This document shows positions 51,658 to 60,305 of a DNA stretch of 64,000 nt, piece by piece; position 1 is the first letter of the stretch, and every line of letters begins with the position of its first letter. The notes under the pieces were generated by a model. It had not been told where the DNA came from. It was given only the letters and a program-made list of their open reading frames with translations, and ran no database searches. The position numbers were made by a program, and so were the translations under genes. The stretch spans positions 334 to 64,333 of the forward strand of contig JAQICV010000092.1 of NCBI GenBank assembly GCA_027858315.1, read 5' to 3'. This DNA comes from Candidatus Woesearchaeota archaeon. Lineage in GTDB: Archaea; Nanobdellota; Nanobdellia; Woesearchaeales; UBA583.

Positions 51658-52605
51658 ATGAAAAGTCAATTTAAAGAGAATTTTAATTTTTATACAAATA
51701 TTTTTTTGTTGTGTATAATTTTTTTTGGAGGAGTTGCTTATGCAGATAATAATGGTATTTGGACATATGCGAAAGATATTGTCCCTGGAATTTTTGGGGA
51801 AGATGAGGGTGCAGATCCAAGTAATAGTTTTACTTTTGTAAATCAAGTTGATTTGAATGAAGATACAAGATATAAGGGAGTTGAACTTGATGCAAGAATG
51901 GTTAATGAGAATCAGGCAAATTCGATTACTTCTAATATGATTGTTGATGGAACAATTGGTTCAGATGATGTTAATGATTTGGAAATTCAAGATAGGATTA
52001 ATGACATCTGTCCTTCTGGACAAAGTATTAGAGCAGTTAATTCTGATGGAACTGTTGCTTGTGAATTGGATAGTGTTTTAACTGAAGCAGATGTTGATAC
52101 TTATGTTTCAAATAATGGTTATTTGACTTTTGAGAGTGATCCAACAGTTCCGGCTAATATTAAAGATGGAGTTAGTTGGTCTGAAGTTTCTGGAATTCCT
52201 TCTGATTTAAATGATGGAAGTATTTCTTGGTCGGAGATTGAAGATATACCTACTTCAATTGATGATGTGATAAGTTTAGGTATGAGTGTACCTTCTCAAG
52301 TTACTTGTAGCTATACAGCTTGGAATAGGGACTATGAGAAAACATTGACAGTTCCTAGTTTTGGAATAATAGATAATAAATTTGTGGTTAGGTATCAGGA
52401 ATTGGCATCTAGTTATAAGGATTATGCCTATGGATATTATGATGGCAGTTCTACGGATTTAGGGGCTTGTTTGTTTTACTATGCACCTGATGATGGTGAT
52501 GATAATATTGATTTGACTCCTGAAGAATTAGAGTTTTATAAGATTTTAGTTAAAGAAAATAAAGATTTAATTGAAAAGGGAAAAAGAGATAAATGTCTTT
52601 ATTAA
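51658..52605 (+). CDS. Secreted hypothetical protein with short fibre-like repeats
   Basis: Signal peptide FLLCIIFFGGVAYA. Repeat G(V/S)(S/I)SWSE(V/I)..IP(S/T). Asp/Gly-rich. Confidence 0.5.
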   Translation: MKSQFKENFNFYTNIFLLCIIFFGGVAYADNNGIWTYAKDIVPGIFGEDEGADPSNSFTFVNQVDLNEDTRYKGVELDARMVNENQANSITSNMIVDGTIGSDDVNDLEIQDRINDICPSGQSIRAVNSDGTVACELDSVLTEADVDTYVSNNGYLTFESDPTVPANIKDGVSWSEVSGIPSDLNDGSISWSEIEDIPTSIDDVISLGMSVPSQVTCSYTAWNRDYEKTLTVPSFGIIDNKFVVRYQELASSYKDYAYGYYDGSSTDLGACLFYYAPDDGDDNIDLTPEELEFYKILVKENKDLIEKGKRDKCLY

Positions 52606-52619
52606 ATTATATTTAGATT

Positions 52620-53861
52620 ATGAAAAAAATTAATTTTTTTAAATTATTGTTTATTTTTAATTTATTTATTATTATTATTTTAGTTTTCTTTTCTTTTATT
52701 ATTATTAATCAAAATAACGATTATAAAATCCAAGTGAATAGGGATATAAATAATAACTCTGAAAATTTAGTTGAGTTAGAAAATTCTTTATTAATCTCAC
52801 AAAAATGGTTTGACAATTTTCAAAATGAATCGAATATATTTCATTATTTGTATTATCCTGAAGATGATTTAATTTTTAACGAAAGAAATATTGTAAGAGA
52901 ACTAGGTTCTTTTTGGGGTTATGTAAGGTTATATAATTTTAATAAGAATGAAGTTTCTCTGAATCAAATAAATAAGATTAGAAAGAATATTCAAGAATAT
53001 ATTAAATATGATACTTTAGGTGTTACTGAAATAGCATATATTGAGCATGATGGTATTGCGCAAATAAATACTCAAGCATTTTATATTTTAGCACTTTCTG
53101 AATTAAGAAAATCTGGAGTTGAATTAACACAAAGAGAATATGATGATTTAGAAAAAATAATTAATGGTATTTATTTAATGAAGGCAGAGGAAGGAGGTTT
53201 GTGGTATATTTATTATTTACCTAAAGAACATAATAAAATTTCTCCTTATGGAACTTCTGAAACATTATTTGCTTTAATTTCATATTATAATTATATTGAT
53301 TCTGATGAAAATATTTTAAATTTTTCAAAAGATGTTTTTGAGGAGTATTTTGAAATTGCAGGTGAGTATACTTTTGATAAAGAAGAAGCTAGATCATTTT
53401 ATTCTTGGATATTATATTTTTTAACAGAGTTAGATGAAGTTGATGAAGATTATTATCCTTATATGGAAGATTTATTAAATAAAGGATTGGATTATAGAGT
53501 AAATAATCCTGTTTGTGAAAATTCTGGTTGTTTAATGTTTAGTATTACTATTTCTGAAGCTGCGTTTTTAGAAGGAAATATTATTGCATATGATATTGCA
53601 GATAAAAATAATTATTCTAGAATTGATGAGTTGAAGGAGTATATTGATTTGACTTATCGAGATGTAATTAATATGCAAATTGAATCTGTAGAAGATTATG
53701 AAAATAAAACTGGAAATAAATTTGAGGGGAATCCTGATTTGTTAATAGGAGGGTTTTGTGGTGGAAGAAATGATGGTGATTATTTTTGTCAAACTTTAAG
53801 AAATGATTTCACACAACATGCAAGTTCAGCTGTATTAAATTATCATTTGATTTTCAACTAA
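52620..53861 (+). CDS. Membrane-anchored hypothetical protein
   Basis: N-terminal TM FKLLFIFNLFIIIILVFFSFIII, then a 370-aa helical-looking ectodomain. No firm motif. Confidence 0.5.
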   Translation: MKKINFFKLLFIFNLFIIIILVFFSFIIINQNNDYKIQVNRDINNNSENLVELENSLLISQKWFDNFQNESNIFHYLYYPEDDLIFNERNIVRELGSFWGYVRLYNFNKNEVSLNQINKIRKNIQEYIKYDTLGVTEIAYIEHDGIAQINTQAFYILALSELRKSGVELTQREYDDLEKIINGIYLMKAEEGGLWYIYYLPKEHNKISPYGTSETLFALISYYNYIDSDENILNFSKDVFEEYFEIAGEYTFDKEEARSFYSWILYFLTELDEVDEDYYPYMEDLLNKGLDYRVNNPVCENSGCLMFSITISEAAFLEGNIIAYDIADKNNYSRIDELKEYIDLTYRDVINMQIESVEDYENKTGNKFEGNPDLLIGGFCGGRNDGDYFCQTLRNDFTQHASSAVLNYHLIFN

Positions 53862-54138
53862 TGATTGCAAAGCTTAAAACTATTTTATAGATTAAGTATA
53901 AAAATATTGTCCACCAAATAAGATTCCATAAACTTCCAATTAATAGAAATAACATTAAAACGCCAACAATTATGTCCAAAAGAGAAAAAAAATCTCGATT
54001 TGGAAGATAAAATATTATTCCTTTGAGTATTGCAAATGAGCTTCCGGAGAATATGTAGAGTGGACTCATATATTCGTTGAACATTAGAACTATTAGAGTG
54101 TGTATGTCTATTAGTGCAAGTATCCAAAGTATCATCAT
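53854..54138 (-). CDS. Small membrane protein (3 TM); start uncertain
   Basis: The hydrophobic core begins at MMILWILALI. The longer ORF-track start (54273) would overlap the divergent MFS gene. Confidence 0.4.
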   Translation of the reverse strand: MMILWILALIDIHTLIVLMFNEYMSPLYIFSGSSFAILKGIIFYLPNRDFFSLLDIIVGVLMLFLLIGSLWNLIWWTIFLYLIYKIVLSFAIIS

Positions 54139-54225
54139 ATATTTATTATTCTTAGGCGTTTTAATAATGTTTCTTTTTAGTGGTTGCATAAATGTTAAAT
54201 AGTTTTGTTTGTTTTTTAATTTTAT

Positions 54226-55389
54226 ATGAATCAAGTTTTTAAGTTTTATTTGGCGTCTTTTTTGAAGAATCAATTGTATTTTATGCCAATTTTAATTTTA
54301 TTTTTTTTAGATTTTGGACTTAGCTATAAAGAGATTTTTTGGATTTTTACAATTGGTAGTGTGTTTAGTTTTTTAATTGAGATTCCAACGGGGATTTTTG
54401 CAGATTTTTACGGGAAGAGGAGAAGTATTATTTTATCTAAATTTTTGATTTTTGTTTCTTTTTTGGTTTTTGGTTTTTCTTCTAGTTTTTGGATGTTTGT
54501 TTTAGCACAGGTTGTTTATGAATTAGGAATTGCTTTTAGGTCGGGTACTGAGACTGCATATGTTTATGATTTTTTGGATTCAAATAGGAATAAGACTAAG
54601 ATTACTTATACTGAAGTTAAAGGAAAACAAAAATTTTATGCAAGAATTAGTGAATCGCTTAGTGCATTTGTTGGTGGTTTTTTAGTTGTTTATTTTGGGT
54701 TTAGTTTTATATTTTTTATTGCTGCAATTCCTGCATTTTTGAATTTTGTTTTCACTTTATTTTGGGAGGATTTGAAAGAGAAGAAAAAGAAAATAAGTTT
54801 TTCTAAAAGTCTTATTTTTATTAGAGGTTCTTTTGGTGAGATTTTAAAAAAAGTTAGCGTTTTAAAATTGGTTTTAAATATTGCATTATTTTCAGGAGTT
54901 ATTGTGGCTCTTGATAAGTTTATTCAACCTTATATGATTGATGCTGGGATAAAGATTGAATATGTTGGAGTTATTTATGCAGTTTTTTTATTTTTAGGAG
55001 CAATTATTGTTCGTTATTCTTACTTGTTTGAGAATAAGTTTGGTCAAATTAAGACTATTAATTATTTGACTCTCTTTGCAGTTATTCCTGCTTTGATTTT
55101 AGGTTTTGGTTATATTTCAATTATTGGAGTTTTTTTGTTTTTTTTAATTGTTATTATAGAAAATATTAGATCACCTATTGCAAATAGTTTGTTTCATTCG
55201 TATGTTGATTCTGAAAATCGTGCTACGATGGGCTCTATTTTAGAGTTATTTAAGTCCGTTGTTAAATTGATTTTACTTCCAATTGTTGGTTATGTGGCAG
55301 ATATTTTTAGTATTTATCAATCAATTTTGATGCTTAGTATTGTTTTATTTTTTAATGGTATTTTGTTTTATGTTTTGAAAAAGAATTAA
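54226..55389 (+). CDS. Major facilitator superfamily transporter
   Basis: 12 predicted TM. GIFADFYGKRRSIILSK matches the MFS loop 2-3 motif D-x-x-G-[KR]-[KR]. Confidence 0.7.
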   Translation: MNQVFKFYLASFLKNQLYFMPILILFFLDFGLSYKEIFWIFTIGSVFSFLIEIPTGIFADFYGKRRSIILSKFLIFVSFLVFGFSSSFWMFVLAQVVYELGIAFRSGTETAYVYDFLDSNRNKTKITYTEVKGKQKFYARISESLSAFVGGFLVVYFGFSFIFFIAAIPAFLNFVFTLFWEDLKEKKKKISFSKSLIFIRGSFGEILKKVSVLKLVLNIALFSGVIVALDKFIQPYMIDAGIKIEYVGVIYAVFLFLGAIIVRYSYLFENKFGQIKTINYLTLFAVIPALILGFGYISIIGVFLFFLIVIIENIRSPIANSLFHSYVDSENRATMGSILELFKSVVKLILLPIVGYVADIFSIYQSILMLSIVLFFNGILFYVLKKN

Positions 55390-55419
55390 TTTTTTATTAT
55401 TTTTATGTTTTAGATAATA

Positions 55420-55427
55420 TTTATAAA
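55420..55427 (+). promoter_or_regulatory. TATA box TTTATAAA, 29 nt upstream of ATG 55449
   Basis: Exact consensus octamer at the spacing recurrent in this window. Confidence 0.5.
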
Positions 55428-55448
55428 CTAATTTTTTTATTTAATTGT

Positions 55449-56057
55449 ATGAAGTCTAAAAAATATGCAGTCACTTGTAATACTCGTTCGGTACCATTTT
55501 TACCAAAAGGTAAAAAAGATGCAGTCACTCCTAATAATTTGTTCGGAACCTTTTTTTCTAAATCTAAGAAAGGAGATGTTAGTCAAGTATTTATTTATGT
55601 GTTCTCAATAATTATTGTAGTTTTTGCATCCTTTATGGTTATTAGTTTTGTCTCAAGTTTTTTGAGTAGTTCTGAGAAATATGAGAATAGTAAATTTTAT
55701 CAAGATTTTGAGAAACATTTTTATAGTGTTTATACTACTATTGGGTCTGAGAAAGTTTACAAGTATGCTGTTTCGACTAAAGTTGAATTAGTTTGTTTTG
55801 TTAGTGATAGAGATTCGATTTCAAGTATTGATATGACTGGTATTTCAAATGAAGATAATTCTATTTTAGAAACACTCTATGATGGAGGTTCAAGAATTGC
55901 TTTGTTTGATGTTAATACTATAATTAATACTCATGCTCCAGAGTATGAATTTGAGGCTGGTGAATCTGGAGCTTATTGTATAAAACCTAGGGCAGGTATT
56001 TTTAGTTTAATTTATGAGAATCGTCGAGGGACAGTTTATATTAGTGAATTGGATTAG
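55449..56057 (+). CDS. Hypothetical protein with one TM helix (possible pilin-like); 5' end contains a 54-nt tandem duplication
   Basis: SKKGDVSQVFIYVFSIIIVVFASFMVISFV hydrophobic helix after a basic stretch. N-terminal KKYAVT...F / KKDAVT...F duplication. Confidence 0.45.
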   Translation: MKSKKYAVTCNTRSVPFLPKGKKDAVTPNNLFGTFFSKSKKGDVSQVFIYVFSIIIVVFASFMVISFVSSFLSSSEKYENSKFYQDFEKHFYSVYTTIGSEKVYKYAVSTKVELVCFVSDRDSISSIDMTGISNEDNSILETLYDGGSRIALFDVNTIINTHAPEYEFEAGESGAYCIKPRAGIFSLIYENRRGTVYISELD

Positions 56058-56107
56058 AAAAATAACAACTTTTATTAACTCCTTTGCTTTGTTATTTTTA
56101 TATAAAA

Positions 56108-58654
56108 ATGATTATTAAATCTATTGAGCTTGAAAACATTCGAAGTTATAAAAAAGAGACTATTTCTTTTGATACAGGAATTAATTTTTTGAGTGGGGAT
56201 ATAGGTTCTGGTAAGAGTACTATTCTTCTTGCAATTGAGTTTGCTTTTTTTGGTTTTAAAAAGGGAGATATTGAAGGATTTGAACTTTTGAGGAAGGGAG
56301 AGAGTAAGGGTTCGATAAAATTAGTTTTAGAAGATAAGAGTAAAGTTTTTGAGATTTTTAGAAGTGTTAAGAAGCAGAAAAGTACTGATATGATTTCTCA
56401 AGAAATAGGGTATGTGAAAGATGGAGATAGTTTAATTGAACTTACTCCAAAAGAACTTAATGCTTATGTTTTTGGTTTACTTAATTTTCCTAAAGAATTT
56501 TTGACTAAGAATAAAAATCTAGTTTATAGATTTAGTGTTTATACACCTCAAGAGAATTTGAAGAGTATTTTGTTTGATACTTCTGAGAGCAGACTTGAAG
56601 TTATAAGAAAAATTTTTGGTATTGACAAGTATAAACAACTTTTGAATTCTTTTGATATTTTTTTGAAGAAGATTCGAGAGGATAAAAAAATTTTTGATGT
56701 GAAACTTGAGAGAAAATCTAAAATTTCAAATGAGATTAAAGTTTTGAATGGGAATGTTGAGATTCTTGAAAAGGATGTTAAAAAATTTAGTCTAGAGGAT
56801 TTGAGATTACAAAATGATTTGAAGAAACATAAGGATGCAATTGAAAAAAGAGATACTTTAATAGATAAGCTTTCAAAAAATTTACTTGTACTTGAAAAGA
56901 AAAAATCTACAATTTTGGAAATTGAAGAACAGATTAAGAGTTTGAAAGTAGTAATTTCAAATATTGAAAAGGAGAAGGATAGTTTTGATGAAAAAAAGAT
57001 TAAATTTGAGATTGAAAAACTTGAAAAATTAGTTTTGGAAAAAGATTTGGAGTTGAAGAAAAAGCTTTTTGAAAAATCAGAAATTAAAAAATTTTTGAAA
57101 TCTAAAGATGATTTGATTGATGAGAAACAAAAGTTTGAGAAAGAAATCCTTTTGTTTGAAAATAAAAATATAGAGTTTGAGAAATTTTCAGGAAGTTTTG
57201 ATTATATTTTAACTAAATGTCAAGTTAAAGATTTGGAAAATTTTATTTTAAAAGATAAGGTTAGAATTAAAAAACTCGAAAAATTTGAAGTCGAATTTAC
57301 TGATATTTCAAAAAATAGAATTGAACTTGAACTTAAGTTGGAAAGTTTAAGTGATGATTTGATTAGGATTGAAGATAAAATAAAAAATATTTCTAATATT
57401 GATTTTTGTGATTCTTGTTTACAAAAAGTTTCAAAAGAACATAGAGTTGATATTGAGAAAAATTTGAAGAATGATAAATTGATTGCTAAAGAATCTATTT
57501 CTGAGAAGAAGAAAGAATTATTAGTTTTTGAAAAAAGATTAAAGGTTTTAGATAAAGAAATTTTAGATTTGAGTAATATAAAAGAAGATTTGATTCAAAA
57601 AGAAGAGAGAATCAAGTCTTTGTATGATAAAGAATTGAAAGAGAAATTAATGACTGAAGATTTAAAAAATTTAAGATTGGATCTTGGAAAATTTTCTAGA
57701 GATGATATTGAGAAAAATTTGAAAGAATTAGATTTAAAAATGTCTGAATTTAAGAAAAAAGAAATTTTATTTGATGAGATTGATGTATTTGAGAGAAGAA
57801 TTTTAGAGGAAATTTCTGTTAAAAAATTTGAGATAAAAGATCTCTTGCAAAAAATTATTGATTATAAAAATTTAGATTCTAATTTGAAGAAAGAGAATGA
57901 TTTACTTTACAGTTTAATTCAGAAAATTAAACTTAAAAAAGATATCTTAGAAAAAATTAATGAGTTTGAAATTAAGGAGGAGAAACTTAGAGGTGATAGG
58001 AGTTTACTTAAGAAAAAATATGATGATTACCTTTCTAGTAATAATGAAGTTAATCGTGAACTTATGAGAGTTAAAACTGATTTAAAATCTACTGTTGATG
58101 GAGTTATGCGAAATAATAAGGATTTAATGGAGATTGAAAGAATTGAAAAAGATTATTCAAAATTACTTTTTAATGAAACTTTTTTAAGGACTAGTGCTAG
58201 TGAGATTTTACTTCAAATTGAGAGAAGTGTTTTTAGTAAATATTATGCTGAATTTAATGATGAGTTTGAAAGATTATTTAAAGAGTTGATAGAAGATAAT
58301 GATATTGATGTGAGACTTAATTCTGAATTTTCACCAGTTATTGAACAAAATGGATATGATATTGATGTTAAAAATTTGAGTGGAGGTGAGAAGTCATCTC
58401 TTGCAATTGCTTATAGGTTGGGACTAAAAAAAATTATTGAGTCAAATTTAGATTCAAAACAAAAATTGTCTTTGCTTATATTAGATGAGCCAACAGATGG
58501 ATTTTCAAATGAGCAAATAGATAGGCTTGGGAATATTTTAAAAGATACAAAATTAAAGCAAATTATCTTGGTTTCACATGATGAGAAAATTGAGAGTATC
58601 GCTGATAGAGTTTTGCATATTGAGAAAACAAATCATGTTAGTAAGATTGTTTGA
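56108..58654 (+). CDS. rad50: Rad50-type SMC-like ATPase
   Basis: MIIKSIELENIRSYKKETISFDTGINFLSGDIGSGKSTILLAIEFAFFG (Walker A), long coiled coil with a CxxC zinc hook (DFCDSCLQ), LSGGEKSSLAIAYRLGL (signature), LLILDEPTDGF (Walker B), VSHD. Start set at the ATG; the ORF-track start at 56084 is a TTG. Confidence 0.8.
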   Translation: MIIKSIELENIRSYKKETISFDTGINFLSGDIGSGKSTILLAIEFAFFGFKKGDIEGFELLRKGESKGSIKLVLEDKSKVFEIFRSVKKQKSTDMISQEIGYVKDGDSLIELTPKELNAYVFGLLNFPKEFLTKNKNLVYRFSVYTPQENLKSILFDTSESRLEVIRKIFGIDKYKQLLNSFDIFLKKIREDKKIFDVKLERKSKISNEIKVLNGNVEILEKDVKKFSLEDLRLQNDLKKHKDAIEKRDTLIDKLSKNLLVLEKKKSTILEIEEQIKSLKVVISNIEKEKDSFDEKKIKFEIEKLEKLVLEKDLELKKKLFEKSEIKKFLKSKDDLIDEKQKFEKEILLFENKNIEFEKFSGSFDYILTKCQVKDLENFILKDKVRIKKLEKFEVEFTDISKNRIELELKLESLSDDLIRIEDKIKNISNIDFCDSCLQKVSKEHRVDIEKNLKNDKLIAKESISEKKKELLVFEKRLKVLDKEILDLSNIKEDLIQKEERIKSLYDKELKEKLMTEDLKNLRLDLGKFSRDDIEKNLKELDLKMSEFKKKEILFDEIDVFERRILEEISVKKFEIKDLLQKIIDYKNLDSNLKKENDLLYSLIQKIKLKKDILEKINEFEIKEEKLRGDRSLLKKKYDDYLSSNNEVNRELMRVKTDLKSTVDGVMRNNKDLMEIERIEKDYSKLLFNETFLRTSASEILLQIERSVFSKYYAEFNDEFERLFKELIEDNDIDVRLNSEFSPVIEQNGYDIDVKNLSGGEKSSLAIAYRLGLKKIIESNLDSKQKLSLLILDEPTDGFSNEQIDRLGNILKDTKLKQIILVSHDEKIESIADRVLHIEKTNHVSKIV

Positions 58655-58691
58655 AATTCTATATTTTATTTGTTTTTGTTTATAGGTAACA

Positions 58692-58699
58692 TTTATAAA
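58692..58699 (+). promoter_or_regulatory. TATA box TTTATAAA, 29 nt upstream of ATG 58721
   Basis: Exact consensus octamer at the spacing recurrent in this window. Confidence 0.5.
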
Positions 58700-58720
58700 T
58701 AACTTTCTTTCTAATTTATT

Positions 58721-59809
58721 ATGTCTAGTAAAGAGCTTGATACTTTAATTTCTAATTTACATTTAGCGCAAGAGAATGAAAATAAAAGTCATGAAGTTAC
58801 AGCTCTTTTGAAACTTTCAGAGTACCATTATAATTTGAATAATTTTGAAAAGGCAAAGCTTTTGTTAAAACAGATTTTAACTATTGATTCAAAGGTTTTT
58901 AATGTTAATTATTATTTAGCTTTAATTGAAGTTCATGAAGAAAATTATGATTTGGCTACTTCTTATTTGGTTAAGGAATTAAAGATTAATTCAAAGAATA
59001 TGTTTGCTATTCAACTTAAGGATAAACTTAAGATTAATTCTAATTTTCCTCTAGTAACTTTTTTTTTATTTTTTTTGAATGTTCTAGTTTTCTTTTTTAC
59101 TTATCCAAGGATTAGTGTTGTTAATGCAATTAAGTTTGGTTTGTCTGATTTCAATTTTGGTTTAAGTAATGCTGTTACTTCACTTTTTTTTCATATTAAT
59201 ATTTATCATTTTTTGATTAATGTTGTTATTCTTCTTATGTTTGGGTTGATTCTTGAGAAGAAGATTGGTTCTTTTAAATTTTTAGTTGTGTATTTACTTT
59301 CAGGAATTTTAGGGAATTATGCGCAAGTATTTTTGTTTGAGGGTACTCTAATCTTGGGTGCTAGTGCTGCACTTTTTGGTATGCTTGGAGCTTTAATGAT
59401 GAGGAGTCCACTTTTAGATATTCGAGTTTTTGGTTTTTTGAAGGTTCCTTTAATTGTTTTACTTGGATCTTTTTTTACTTTTTCTTCTTTGATTGGAGTT
59501 TATTTGAATTTAGATTTTGTTAGTGGGGATGTTGCCCATTTTATCGGTTTACTTATTGGGATAGTAGTTATTGGTTTTTTTTATATAGATTCTATTTTCA
59601 TTTTTTATAATTGGCTTTTTATTTCTTTAGGATTTTGGATTATTACATTTGCACTAAGGAGTGTTTTGTTATTGGAAGTTTTAGATTTTAAATTTTTAGT
59701 TTTAGCATTTATTTCATTTTTAATTGGTATTGTTGTCATAGTATATGCTTATTTTGGTTTGAAAGAGGCTTTAATTGTTAGGGGGGTTTATGATGAAGCA
59801 AAGTTATAA
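58721..59809 (+). CDS. Rhomboid-family intramembrane serine protease with N-terminal TPR-like region
   Basis: HINIYHFLINVVILLMFG, GASAALFGMLGA (GxSxxxxG catalytic Ser), GDVAHFIGLLIG (catalytic His). The N-terminal 100 aa is helical-repeat (TPR-like). Confidence 0.8.
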   Translation: MSSKELDTLISNLHLAQENENKSHEVTALLKLSEYHYNLNNFEKAKLLLKQILTIDSKVFNVNYYLALIEVHEENYDLATSYLVKELKINSKNMFAIQLKDKLKINSNFPLVTFFLFFLNVLVFFFTYPRISVVNAIKFGLSDFNFGLSNAVTSLFFHINIYHFLINVVILLMFGLILEKKIGSFKFLVVYLLSGILGNYAQVFLFEGTLILGASAALFGMLGALMMRSPLLDIRVFGFLKVPLIVLLGSFFTFSSLIGVYLNLDFVSGDVAHFIGLLIGIVVIGFFYIDSIFIFYNWLFISLGFWIITFALRSVLLLEVLDFKFLVLAFISFLIGIVVIVYAYFGLKEALIVRGVYDEAKL

Positions 59810-60305
59810 TTCTTGGATTGTTGTTGTTTTTTTAGTTTTGATTTTTTTATTTGGAATTTATATTAATTTTGATAATTCTTATATTGGTTTTTGTGATGGT
59901 GAGGCTGAATGTGTTTTTGATTTAGTTGTGGAGACTAATAATTTCGAGTTGTGTAAATTTTCAATTGATGATTCTAATTGTTATACTGATTCTTCAATTT
60001 TATTTGATGATATTTCTCTTTGTGAGTTGAATTTGAATTCTTCTTTTTGTTATATGAATTTTGCGCATTTTAAGAAAGATATTTTTGCTTGTTCTTTTGT
60101 TACTAAGGATTTAGTTGATAAGTGTATTTTTGATGTAGCAATAAGTTTAGAAGATTTTAAAATTTGCAATAATAGTTTGGATTCAGGTTTGTGTTATTAT
60201 TCGTATGCATTACATTTTAAGGATGTTAATGTTTGTGATTTGAGCGAAAAGTATAAAAGCAAGTGTACTGTGAGTTTATTAGAGGGACAAAATGAGAGTA
60301 ATTAG
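59790..60305 (+). CDS. Membrane-anchored Cys-rich repeat protein
   Basis: N-terminal TM, then about 4.5 tandem units of roughly 25 aa, each with two Cys (e.g. LCKFSIDDSNCYTDSSILFDDISLC). ATG preceded by AGGGGGG. Overlaps the rhomboid gene end by 20 nt. Confidence 0.55.
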   Translation: MMKQSYNSWIVVVFLVLIFLFGIYINFDNSYIGFCDGEAECVFDLVVETNNFELCKFSIDDSNCYTDSSILFDDISLCELNLNSSFCYMNFAHFKKDIFACSFVTKDLVDKCIFDVAISLEDFKICNNSLDSGLCYYSYALHFKDVNVCDLSEKYKSKCTVSLLEGQNESN

